IMG/VR virus record: IMGVR_UViG_3300032087_005679
Coordinates: 10,196 to 74,195 of that record
Direction: 5' to 3' (one strand)
DNA length: 64,000 nucleotides
From: a virus
The position numbers were made by a program, and so were the translations under genes. Below, one piece after another: positions 40,652 to 50,069 of this stretch (position 1 is its first letter; each line of letters starts with the position of its first letter). The notes below the pieces were generated by a model, which had not been told where the DNA came from, made no database searches, and was given only the letters and a program-made list of their open reading frames with translations.

Positions 40652-41589
40652 TATGAATCTCCAATCTTGTTTATAAGATGTTGTGCCATACGTTCCCAGG
40701 TATATTTTTGTGATGCTATCTCAAAAGCATTTTCAATTATTTTATTCCTAGCATCATCATTAGATAAGTAATATTCAAGTTTTTCATCAAAATCTGACAG
40801 GTCATTCTCAAACAAAACGCAATTTTCTCCATCTACAAAAACATTCTCATATTCATACGGCATGTTGTTACAGAACAATAAAGTCTTTGATAGCATGACC
40901 TCAAAATACCTTGGACTTACATCATTATTTGGTCCTGTAGTAGCAAGCCAAATCTTGCTTTCTCTCATTATTTTAGCGTATTCTTCAACGGAAGAAATTC
41001 TATAACTAAGGTCCCCCTCTTTACTAGAGTTCCAGAAAACATTGTACTTAGTTTTTTCTAACCTTTCATGCACTCGATCTCTAAGATTCATGGTTGGTCC
41101 AGGAATCTTTCCTCCACCATGAGAAGCGCCACTAAAACCAAAATCATACTTTTTATTTTCAAAAGACGGATAGAATACATCTGGATTAGCTGTGAACCAA
41201 AACCTTATCGGGACCGAGTTTGTTATTTCTCCGTACTCTTTGTAGGTTATATTCGTATCCATAAGAATGCTGATATTATTAACTTTACAAAATTGTAATT
41301 TTTCTTGCAACATTGTCTGAGGTTTATGTAACATACAAACAACTGGAATGCCTACGTCTTTCAATCCTTTGATCTCTTTATAAACATCTGGGTTTGTTTG
41401 TGTAAAATATCCTAAACCAAAAATAATACAATCAATATTACTGTTTTTGATTGTCTCAAAATTATGAACTCTGTTTTGAAATAGGTGTACGGTTGCCTTC
41501 TTTTTCAATTCTCGGTATAGATCACCATAATATTGATACATATAGTTATCAGCAACTGTATTGCCATGATCTATGTATAAGATATTCAC
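40651..41589 (-). CDS. GT-B glycosyltransferase (CgeB/Glyco_trans_1_2-like)
   Basis: YDFGFSG, EEYAKIMRESKI, SPRYFEVM, FVDGENCVLF. Confidence 0.8.
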   Translation of the reverse strand: MNILYIDHGNTVADNYMYQYYGDLYRELKKKATVHLFQNRVHNFETIKNSNIDCIIFGLGYFTQTNPDVYKEIKGLKDVGIPVVCMLHKPQTMLQEKLQFCKVNNISILMDTNITYKEYGEITNSVPIRFWFTANPDVFYPSFENKKYDFGFSGASHGGGKIPGPTMNLRDRVHERLEKTKYNVFWNSSKEGDLSYRISSVEEYAKIMRESKIWLATTGPNNDVSPRYFEVMLSKTLLFCNNMPYEYENVFVDGENCVLFENDLSDFDEKLEYYLSNDDARNKIIENAFEIASQKYTWERMAQHLINKIGDS

Positions 41590-42488
41590 TTAGAATTATC
41601 CTTTACTCCTGGGGCATAATCACAAAGATGACGTAGAGCACCTTGACTGTGGTATCCTTCGTCTACAGTTTTTAGATCATATATGTTGTCCCCATGGTGT
41701 ATGAGGTAAAACAAACTGTTTACGTCATTATCCCCCCATCTATACTTGTAAATGCCACCATATTGATTCACAGCGTTGATCCACTGTTTCCATTCAGGCG
41801 TTTCAAACATAGAAATCTTAACAACATATGAATCGGCACAAGGATAGAAATGAAAGTTTTTATCAGCCTCTGGATCTGATAATAAATTTTTCATAAACTG
41901 GGATTTTGGCTCAACGTTATAATGTTTCAAATAGCCTTTTACAAACTTCCAAAGATTGATTCTGGTATCAAAGTTTCCCTGGTGAGGTAGTTTCTTTGTT
42001 TGATCATACACCTTCAAAGCACCCATCGGCTCAACTTGATTCTTCATAACCTCAAATGGATCGTAAGTCATAGGCTTGATAAACATAGATTCATCATCTA
42101 CACTCATTGTATAATCATATTTTTCAAATTCAGTATTCGGGTAACCATAATAATTTGACATAAAGTGACACATGTGTAGGTACCCCTTACGAGATATTGG
42201 GAATTGTGTTCTTGAATACCATAAATCATTTCTATTATAAAAAAGATCCTCCTCTTTTATATGTTTTGGTGTTTCATAGGGAATAGAAACAAAATTTACA
42301 TTCTGAGGTGTTTGACTTCTAACAGATTGTCTGAATTCTTCTGAATCGTAAATATCGTCAAAGTAATAAACATACACAGGATAGTTGTGTTTGTGGTTGT
42401 AGTTTTCCCAAAGAGCTTTTAAGCTATGTGGTATACATGCTTTCCTAGAAGAAATATAGGTTATACAGGCTTTTAATTTATCGCTCAT
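41586..42488 (-). CDS. GT15 (Kre2/Mnt1-like) mannosyltransferase family protein
   Basis: YNHKHNYPVYVY, GYLHMCHF, GGIYKYRWGD match GT15 signatures. Confidence 0.75.
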   Translation of the reverse strand: MSDKLKACITYISSRKACIPHSLKALWENYNHKHNYPVYVYYFDDIYDSEEFRQSVRSQTPQNVNFVSIPYETPKHIKEEDLFYNRNDLWYSRTQFPISRKGYLHMCHFMSNYYGYPNTEFEKYDYTMSVDDESMFIKPMTYDPFEVMKNQVEPMGALKVYDQTKKLPHQGNFDTRINLWKFVKGYLKHYNVEPKSQFMKNLLSDPEADKNFHFYPCADSYVVKISMFETPEWKQWINAVNQYGGIYKYRWGDNDVNSLFYLIHHGDNIYDLKTVDEGYHSQGALRHLCDYAPGVKDNSK

Positions 42489-43494
42489 AATATTTTACTC
42501 CTGCGTTTGTGTATATGTCCGATATCAATGATAGGCAGTTTTCTGATTCTGTTATCATAAAACTGTCAAGATTACTGTATAATTCAGGGTGGTTAGGACA
42601 AGAACCTCTGTAGTTACCATAAGAATTTGACTCCTTAGGGTTTTCCAGTAATTTTATCTTTTCTTTATATTGTTTCTCTGTTTCTTTATCAATAAATTCT
42701 GACTTTGTAACTTTATCAAGCGCCTTACCACCAAGTTCAATATAGCCATTCTCAGCTAAAATAGATATAGTGCATTCTATGTTGGTTGGTTCACTTGCTA
42801 TAGTTACTTCGATAGTTCCACCAAAACTTCCAAAGTCAACTAAAGAATATACTGTGTCCTCAATTGAGTAGTCAACGTGTTTCGTATTATACAACAATGA
42901 AGACTGAACTTTTGGCTTGCCAAAAAGATAGCACATGATATCTAAGTAATGAATTCCACATTCATGCAAAGTCCCACCACCAACTTCTGGGATACCCCGC
43001 CAATTTTGAAAATACTCCTTTGGTCTTTGCCATCTTTGAGTGAGACTAATTCCTCTTATTTTTCCAAGTAAATTGGTTTCTAGTAATTCTTTCGTAAAAG
43101 AAACTACTGGATTAAGCCTCACTTGTAAAACACAGTGAGCTTTCTGGCTGTTCGCATCCGCAATTGTTTTTAGTTCTTGTATCAAGTTGTGATCTAAGCA
43201 CGCTGGTTTTTCTACCAAAACATCACAACTGTTTTCTAGACAGTATTTTGCTTGAGAATAATGTAATGAGTTAGGGGTTGCAATGACTACAAAATTTATA
43301 TCTTCTTTAGATAACATATCTTTATAATCAACATACCCGCTTACACCTCTTTTTGACGCCTCTAGATCTACAATGTTTTGATCTAAGTCACACAAAGATA
43401 CTAGTTCAAAATTTTTATTTCTATCTATAGCTTCCAGGTGTCTGACAAGGATTTTACCACACCCAATTATACCTACCTTATACTCTGCTTTCAT
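42478..43494 (-). CDS. Gfo/Idh/MocA oxidoreductase (WbpB/WlbA-like NDP-sugar 3-dehydrogenase)
   Basis: IGCGKI, IATPNSLH, VEKP, WQRPKEYF, GGTLHECGIHYLD. Confidence 0.85.
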   Translation of the reverse strand: MKAEYKVGIIGCGKILVRHLEAIDRNKNFELVSLCDLDQNIVDLEASKRGVSGYVDYKDMLSKEDINFVVIATPNSLHYSQAKYCLENSCDVLVEKPACLDHNLIQELKTIADANSQKAHCVLQVRLNPVVSFTKELLETNLLGKIRGISLTQRWQRPKEYFQNWRGIPEVGGGTLHECGIHYLDIMCYLFGKPKVQSSLLYNTKHVDYSIEDTVYSLVDFGSFGGTIEVTIASEPTNIECTISILAENGYIELGGKALDKVTKSEFIDKETEKQYKEKIKLLENPKESNSYGNYRGSCPNHPELYSNLDSFMITESENCLSLISDIYTNAGVKYYER

Positions 43495-44380
43495 ATGTTT
43501 TCTCCAGGAAAGAGTGGTATAACTCTGCCGTGTCCTTTATATTACAACTATATTTTGTTTTGTTTAATACAGTCCTTGAAAAATCAAGAGTTGGTGGATT
43601 GTATAATTCAACTGGCTTGAAATCCCAATCTTCTTCCTCAACAACAATTGCATTATCGCCAGCGATCTCTTTTGTTCCGCCAGCACTAGAGCATATAATC
43701 TGACACCCTGAAGCATAAGCATCTACCACAACATTAGGACAATGATCTAACCATGCTAGGTGTAGGAAATATTTTGAAGCTTTATATACAGAGTATAGTT
43801 GTTGCTGAGAAAGGTTACCAAAATAAGCAACCTTTTTGTCTTCTATTTTATCTTCTGGATTTACATTTCCAGCAACAACAAGTAGATCTTTCTCCCCAGA
43901 GTGCTCTAAAAAATATCTAATATTGTCTTTCAGTCTCTTATGGGGTCTCCAAGAGGAAGCACAACACCATACATTCTCATACACGTCATTCTTCATAGCT
44001 GGAGTTTTTTTGATAGATTCTAGATCCGCTCCATTGTGAATTACAGTAGAGTTCTTGTGTTTACCAAAATACCTTTCTATCAATTCTTTGTTGAATTCCG
44101 ATTGGTATACTACACCTTCACACATTTGATATGTTCTTAGGATATTCTGGTTTTGCAGATTATAGTTCTGTGCTGTATTGAAGTAAATCCCATCTAGCCT
44201 TAGCACTTGAGGTATATTGAGTTTTTGCCTTGGTGATTCAATAAAACACAACGAAAGATCTGCGTCTGAAATGTTTGTTATCTCATAGCCAAGATTTACT
44301 AGATTTGGGACTATCTTTTTTGCAAAAGAATTTGGTCCACTAGAACTGTTGAGGTTGACATTCTCTAAATGTAGCTTCAT
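43478..44380 (-). CDS. GT4-like glycosyltransferase
   Basis: SSWRPHKR, HLAWLDHCPNVVVDA, GGTKE. Confidence 0.8.
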   Translation of the reverse strand: MKLHLENVNLNSSSGPNSFAKKIVPNLVNLGYEITNISDADLSLCFIESPRQKLNIPQVLRLDGIYFNTAQNYNLQNQNILRTYQMCEGVVYQSEFNKELIERYFGKHKNSTVIHNGADLESIKKTPAMKNDVYENVWCCASSWRPHKRLKDNIRYFLEHSGEKDLLVVAGNVNPEDKIEDKKVAYFGNLSQQQLYSVYKASKYFLHLAWLDHCPNVVVDAYASGCQIICSSAGGTKEIAGDNAIVVEEEDWDFKPVELYNPPTLDFSRTVLNKTKYSCNIKDTAELYHSFLEKTYESRV

Positions 44381-44381
44381 A

Positions 44382-45995
44382 TTATAACTTATTATACTTT
44401 TGTTTTTGTCTTATTTCAAGCATATAATCGTGTTGTTTCTTTGCTTTAGTTTTATTCACAGCGTTAGGATTTGACACGTTATAAACGTATGTTACTTCGG
44501 GGATGTATTTTGATCTTTTCCCAGCCATTTCTAAAAGAGGAAGCATCATAGCTTGATCGTAAGAAATCTCATAAAAGTTACCTTCTTTATTTAAAAGGTC
44601 TTCCTTCTTCACTTTATTCCACAGGTGAAATTTAAATGTTTTCAAATGAGATGCACGCCAAACATCTTCTCTAAAACCATTTGATTCTATGACTTCTTGA
44701 GGGTACTCGCTGGCTTCTTGCCCTATGCCACCATCTGGGAATCTAGCAAAACTACCATAAGTCATTAGACAGTCTTCATTCATATAGTAATGATTAAGTT
44801 GAGACAACACATTTTGATTAGGGAACCAATCGTCGCCGTCCAAGACCACTATAACATCTTCAGGATCAGGATTTGATTCAGCGATCATGTCATAGATGTT
44901 CTTAAGGGCATATTTCTTTTCTTCACCCCTTGATATGAAAAACTTGCTATTATCTGAAAAGTTGCTAGCTAATTCAAATGTTTTATCAGTTGATATATCG
45001 TCCCCCACATAACATTCAAAGTTATCATATTCTTGTTCTTTTACACTTTCTAGAGACTTTTCAATCCAATTTTCAGCATTGTATACTGGGACTATTACTT
45101 TGAAGTTTGTTTTCTTTTCCTCTTCAAAGTTTTGAGAAACCCTTTCACCCATAGATTTATAAACTGTTTTCCAAAAAAATGGTGCCCTAGATTCTAGATA
45201 CTCAATTGTTGACTCTCTATCTCCCAAAAACCATTCTTCATTTTTGTGTTGCACGTTTTCGTTGAGAATCAATTCACAACCAAGAAGCTTTGCTTCAATC
45301 ACTGTTCTAGGACACGTATCAGAACCTTCTGGTAGAAATATAAAACCTTTTGATTGTGAGAATTTCTTTAGCATCTCTTGATAACTAACCCCCGAAAATG
45401 TCTCAAAAGGTAAGTTATTTTTCTTTGCGTATTCAACTGATTTTGAAGAACCTTTTACCCAGGATGGAGAATCTTGTATCAGCCAAACGTCTTTTTTGTT
45501 CTGGTTCTGTAGTGAATTTATGTGCTCTAAAGTTTGTTTACTAAAAATTGAACTCAAAACATAAGTTGAATCCTTTTTTAGAAAAGGAAAGAGATCATAA
45601 TAAATATCTCTTTGCGCCGCCGACATAAACCACAAATTTTTTGCTCTCTCAAAAAGGATAGAGAACAATTTTCCTCGTGTTGTATTTTCACATTCACACT
45701 TACCTTCTGCCGCTATGTGTTTTTCTCGTAATCGGTAAGAACAAAACTTATAATCATATTCAATCACAGAATATTCTAAATTTTTACAAGCATACAAAAG
45801 AATATCATTGGACATACCAGCACAGTTGCCAAAGATCCAGTACCTATCTTTATAAGTATCAATAATTTGCTTTGTTAGCTGATGAGATCTTACACATGCC
45901 ACGGGTAGTTTTGTGCCATCTATGATAGCTTGTGTTGTTAGTTCGCCACCACCAACATAGTCATCAACAAATAAATCTTGTACGAAAATAATCAT
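44382..45995 (-). CDS. Two-domain glycosyltransferase (GT-B N-terminal + GT2 C-terminal)
   Basis: DTCPRTVIEAKLLGC in the N-domain; IVPVYNAE, DDISTD and LDGDD in the C-domain. Confidence 0.85.
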   Translation of the reverse strand: MIIFVQDLFVDDYVGGGELTTQAIIDGTKLPVACVRSHQLTKQIIDTYKDRYWIFGNCAGMSNDILLYACKNLEYSVIEYDYKFCSYRLREKHIAAEGKCECENTTRGKLFSILFERAKNLWFMSAAQRDIYYDLFPFLKKDSTYVLSSIFSKQTLEHINSLQNQNKKDVWLIQDSPSWVKGSSKSVEYAKKNNLPFETFSGVSYQEMLKKFSQSKGFIFLPEGSDTCPRTVIEAKLLGCELILNENVQHKNEEWFLGDRESTIEYLESRAPFFWKTVYKSMGERVSQNFEEEKKTNFKVIVPVYNAENWIEKSLESVKEQEYDNFECYVGDDISTDKTFELASNFSDNSKFFISRGEEKKYALKNIYDMIAESNPDPEDVIVVLDGDDWFPNQNVLSQLNHYYMNEDCLMTYGSFARFPDGGIGQEASEYPQEVIESNGFREDVWRASHLKTFKFHLWNKVKKEDLLNKEGNFYEISYDQAMMLPLLEMAGKRSKYIPEVTYVYNVSNPNAVNKTKAKKQHDYMLEIRQKQKYNKL

Positions 45996-45996
45996 T

Positions 45997-47271
45997 TTAT
46001 TCTGGACTTGTCAAAGAAGCAAACATTTTTGCGATCTCGTCATCTGTCTCGGACGTATCAAGATACGACATAAAAATGTCTTGATATTTTTGATGTATCT
46101 TATCTTCACTAAATTCTTTTATTAGGTGCTCTTGTAGCCCTTTTGCACGAATTTTTCTGAAATTAGTATTCGTATACACCTCTCTCATTTTCTTTTTGAA
46201 ACTTTTCTCTTCTGGATAACACCACTGAGACTCTTGTGTAACTACTTTGTCCCAAACAACTTCTTTTGGAACTTGACCTATGGTGAATTTAACCTTCTCA
46301 AAAAGTGGCTGCATTGTTACTTTTTTTGATTTAGGATTCTCTACAGGTGCATACAAGAAATCATTCTGTCCCGACCAAGCAGGTGCAATTACAGGCAATC
46401 CCGAATAAGCAGCCTCAAAAATAGGAAGACCGTAACCTTCTCCATGTGTAGTTGTTATATAACATTTCACACTTGGGTGAGTATAGAGAGCATGGATTTC
46501 TGCTTCGGTCATATCGCCATGCAGAAGGTGAATCTTACACTTACGAGTATCTCCATATTCCTGCATCATCTGTGCTAACATGACCTGGAGCTTTCTTCTA
46601 TCAAGAATTGACATATTGAGTTGGTGGGTTTTAATAATCAGACCAACATCTGCATCATTTTTGAACTCTTCTACAAACCACTTAATACAATTGGCAATAT
46701 TTTTTCTTGGTCCCCACTGAGCGACTGTTAGAAAGTTATATTTCGTAGAGAACTCTAAAGAAGATACTTTCTCATCTGGTGCTGTGTTTCTCACAGGGTA
46801 ACCAATAATCTCAATGGGTGTATTACAAGTTAGACTTGAGATAGCGCCAGTTTGCTTATTTTGTATTTGATAACTTGTCTTTTCATAAACACTTTTACTA
46901 TGTTTTGAAATTGTAATGATCTTGTCCATCAAAGCGCTTTGCTGTAACCAGTGGGGATCAACACGATCTGTCTCTATCCCAGCAGTTATTCCAATATTGA
47001 CTGGTGCGGCTTTTTTCCATTCGTTAGGAATTGTCACCTGAATAGATAAGTCAAATTGTGGTGGTGGTGAGGACATTCTGTTTATATCATCCATGATATG
47101 TGGTCCAACTTCTTTCTCTGGTTCAAGGATCCAAGAGCTTTTCCCCCACTCAATGGCAGCAACATACACAGTTACAGAGTCTAGTTTCTTTAGAGCTTTG
47201 TAAACTAATCGAGCATGTTCGCCATAACCACTCCTAGAGAGAATTGGTGCAACAAGTAGAACGTTTTTCAT
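45997..47271 (-). CDS. GT4-like glycosyltransferase
   Basis: SRSGYG, RKN, HGEGYGLPIFEAAYSGLPVI. Confidence 0.88.
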   Translation of the reverse strand: MKNVLLVAPILSRSGYGEHARLVYKALKKLDSVTVYVAAIEWGKSSWILEPEKEVGPHIMDDINRMSSPPPQFDLSIQVTIPNEWKKAAPVNIGITAGIETDRVDPHWLQQSALMDKIITISKHSKSVYEKTSYQIQNKQTGAISSLTCNTPIEIIGYPVRNTAPDEKVSSLEFSTKYNFLTVAQWGPRKNIANCIKWFVEEFKNDADVGLIIKTHQLNMSILDRRKLQVMLAQMMQEYGDTRKCKIHLLHGDMTEAEIHALYTHPSVKCYITTTHGEGYGLPIFEAAYSGLPVIAPAWSGQNDFLYAPVENPKSKKVTMQPLFEKVKFTIGQVPKEVVWDKVVTQESQWCYPEEKSFKKKMREVYTNTNFRKIRAKGLQEHLIKEFSEDKIHQKYQDIFMSYLDTSETDDEIAKMFASLTSPE

Positions 47272-48539
47272 ATTTCAAATTTCTCCCAGCGAGTATAATT
47301 TTTTCTATCAGACCATGAACCTAGTCGTTCATGTAAACCTTGGAGGTAGTCAACCCAAAACTTCTTGTAATTCTCAAAGGAGTAGTTCTTCTCAACATGT
47401 TCCCTTCCTGCATCTCCAAGTTTTTGTCTTTCTTCGTCAGACATTTCATATATTTTAGTAAGCGCATCAACAACTGCTTCTTCTGATAACCTGTCCTCGT
47501 AAATATAAGGTACCTGTTGAGATCCGATGATCGCTTTAGATACTGGTTCAATACCTACACCGAACCAATTTTCTCCGTCGGTTACTTGTTCTTGTAAGCC
47601 GCCAGTCATAGTATTGATAACAGGTTTACTACAAGATAAAGCTTCAAGAGAACTTAGTCCAAAACCTTCAGCATCTGCAATATTTAGAACACAATCTGCA
47701 AGATTATAAAGCTTAGATAAATCGTCAGGAAGAAGCTTTTGTTTTGAGAATATCAATTGTCCCTGGTTTAGACCCAAAGTATTGGCTAAGAATTCTAGCG
47801 GTTGTCCGTGTGGGTCATTTGTATCTGTATGCATTATTAGCGCCGCTTTATCATGACCGACCTTATCAAGGAATGCTTTAAACCAATATACTAAAGAACC
47901 GCTTTGTTTTCTTCTTGCATTTCTGTTATTCCAAAAGAAGACGACTTTGTCCTCAAGGGACATTCTTTTTCTTAATTCGTTTATTTGGCTTATAGATTCT
48001 TTATCTGTTTTTTTCTTGAAAATAGCAGGATCAACAGCGTGAGGTAGGTACACCTCCTCAACCTCTGGTGCTGCTTTCTTTACAATTTCACTAGTGACCT
48101 TTGATATTGTTACCACAGCATCGTTAGATTCATAAAATGGCTTATTAAACATTGGAGTTGGGAAGTTATCCCAAACATGGTAATAAACCATTGGCACAAC
48201 TTTTCTTATCTCTGATTCCATTTGCCATAGCCACTCATAGAACCTTGGATCCGTCATAAACCAGAGTATGTCTGGTTTTTCTTGAAGCAGCAAACTTCTC
48301 AACTGTTGCGGTGTTCCATAGCCATCTACAGGGATTATTTTCCATGATGCTCCGAACTTTTCAATGCCAACTTCCTTGACATTATAATCTGAGTGTTTGA
48401 TTGCGCCGCCAAAAGATATAACCTCAAAGTTCCCGCTCTCAAGCAGACCTTCAATCATATATTTTGTTTGTGTAGCAACACCAGATGGTAGTAAAGGATG
48501 ATCGCCAATTGTAAATACTTTTATTTTCTTCTTTGACAA
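47268..48539 (-). CDS. GT4-like glycosyltransferase (TTG start)
   Basis: NRNARRK, AEGFGLSSLEALSCSKPVI...GGLQEQV. Confidence 0.88.
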   Translation of the reverse strand: MSKKKIKVFTIGDHPLLPSGVATQTKYMIEGLLESGNFEVISFGGAIKHSDYNVKEVGIEKFGASWKIIPVDGYGTPQQLRSLLLQEKPDILWFMTDPRFYEWLWQMESEIRKVVPMVYYHVWDNFPTPMFNKPFYESNDAVVTISKVTSEIVKKAAPEVEEVYLPHAVDPAIFKKKTDKESISQINELRKRMSLEDKVVFFWNNRNARRKQSGSLVYWFKAFLDKVGHDKAALIMHTDTNDPHGQPLEFLANTLGLNQGQLIFSKQKLLPDDLSKLYNLADCVLNIADAEGFGLSSLEALSCSKPVINTMTGGLQEQVTDGENWFGVGIEPVSKAIIGSQQVPYIYEDRLSEEAVVDALTKIYEMSDEERQKLGDAGREHVEKNYSFENYKKFWVDYLQGLHERLGSWSDRKNYTRWEKFEI

Positions 48540-48554
48540 ACTAAATTTCTCCCA

Positions 48555-49394
48555 TTATGGACAGTACTCTGTCTGATAAAATTCACAGGTTCCAAAACGG
48601 TCCTTACAATCAGTACAAGAGTTTCTATTTTTTACGTAATTTTGTTTATTGATGTTATGCAGTGCTCTTAGTAGCAAATTCATAGCATCAGTTGTTCTTT
48701 TCTTTGCTGCTGTTACTCTTACAAACTCTGCTTTTTTCCCTGGTTTAGCAGTTCGCTTTAGTAACACAAAGTGACAATCAATATCTTTAGGCTCAACTTC
48801 ATACTTTTGAGCGTAAAAGTGTTTGTAGAAAACTAACTGATAGGCTAAAATCTTATCACTCTTTTTTTGTGGTTTCCATCCCCACGAGCAAGTCTTCCAA
48901 TCAATAAGGTGAACTTTGCCATCCTTTTTCGAATACACTACAAGGTCAATAAAACCTTTGAATTTCTTTTCTGCTTCCGTGAATTCTGTGATGGGTTCGT
49001 AGAGTTGCTCTTCGGCTGCCAAAACTTCCCAGTCCTCACCGAGTTTACCGAACTTGTCAGCAAGACAGCGGTAAAGGTCAGGAATGATTTGAACGCCATT
49101 TAGAAGCCACTCTTTGAGCGCAAAATCTCTTTTAGCTTCCGTTTGTGCCTCGTCGGGCAGGGCGTTGAGTTCAGCGATGAATTGTTCTTTAACTAACTCC
49201 TCGATCTTGCCAGGTTCTCTGTACTTTTCAGGGGAAGTCAAAGTGAATTCACAAACGGTGTGAATCGCCTTACCAAAAGCAGTATAGATATTACCCTCGA
49301 ACTGAGTAACTTTATCAATATAAGTTAGTTTGTGGTAGTGAGGGCAAATATGCCAATTCTTCCACTCAGAGTAGGAAATATGTTTTCCAGCCAA
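48555..49394 (-). CDS. PD-(D/E)XK RecB/Cas4-like exonuclease
   Basis: ISYS...CP, GKAIH, GFIDLV, IDWKT, QLVFY and a C-terminal Cys cluster (CTDC...C...C). Confidence 0.88.
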   Translation of the reverse strand: MAGKHISYSEWKNWHICPHYHKLTYIDKVTQFEGNIYTAFGKAIHTVCEFTLTSPEKYREPGKIEELVKEQFIAELNALPDEAQTEAKRDFALKEWLLNGVQIIPDLYRCLADKFGKLGEDWEVLAAEEQLYEPITEFTEAEKKFKGFIDLVVYSKKDGKVHLIDWKTCSWGWKPQKKSDKILAYQLVFYKHFYAQKYEVEPKDIDCHFVLLKRTAKPGKKAEFVRVTAAKKRTTDAMNLLLRALHNINKQNYVKNRNSCTDCKDRFGTCEFYQTEYCP

Positions 49395-49406
49395 TGTAAC
49401 CTGCTT

Positions 49407-50069
49407 TCAGTTATCTTTTACAATTGTATCGATTTTATTATATAGTACAGGACTAATGTCTTTAAGTTTTTCTTTTTTGCCTAAAAAGTAAGCCTCCATA
49501 CCAGTAGCGAAATACTCACGAATTGAAACAGCGGCATATGGTCGGATGAAGATACCTGATACCATCATCTTCAATAGTTTTGGTCCAATCCTTTGGTACA
49601 GAAAATCATCTAGATCCTTGTTGTATTGTAGATTTTCAAAGTCGTAATCCTTGGTCCAATAACCCTCTGACCTAGCTTCAAAATTTAATTGAAACCTTTT
49701 TTGCAAGAACTCTTTTTTTAGATCCTGGTCTGCGTAGATTGTGTTTGGGTATAACATCTCAATATGGTGTGCGAATTCATGAACGATATCGTCTATGATG
49801 TCATTTGCATCCTCTTGTTTATTGGAGATATAAAAAATACCATCTTTGTAAATTGCATTAGCGTTTCTTTGGTCGAATTCAGGCAGATGTTCGATCCGAA
49901 TCTGCTTCAATCCATTAAAGAACTTTGAAGGTAATAAATCTTCAAGACTACGGAAAATAGCCTGTAGATCAATATTATTAGTTATTTGATCTACCTCAAT
50001 AACGTCTATGTTTCCAAATTTGATATATCGAGTTGTATTTTTTGTTTTTTCAAAAATATATTCTCTCAC
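49407..50069 (-). CDS. HEXXH zinc-metallopeptidase-like protein
   Basis: VHEFAHH plus downstream EYFA. Confidence 0.65.
   Translation of the reverse strand: MREYIFEKTKNTTRYIKFGNIDVIEVDQITNNIDLQAIFRSLEDLLPSKFFNGLKQIRIEHLPEFDQRNANAIYKDGIFYISNKQEDANDIIDDIVHEFAHHIEMLYPNTIYADQDLKKEFLQKRFQLNFEARSEGYWTKDYDFENLQYNKDLDDFLYQRIGPKLLKMMVSGIFIRPYAAVSIREYFATGMEAYFLGKKEKLKDISPVLYNKIDTIVKDN

Noticed and set aside
29418-48539. Bacterial O-antigen/capsule locus or chimeric assembly
   Set aside because: No wzx/wzy/wza-type genes, phage-style shortened enzymes, and continuous strand, packing and composition with the flanking phage genes.
48555-49394. CRISPR-Cas locus implied by the Cas4-like gene
   Set aside because: No repeat-spacer array or other cas genes are visible in the window.
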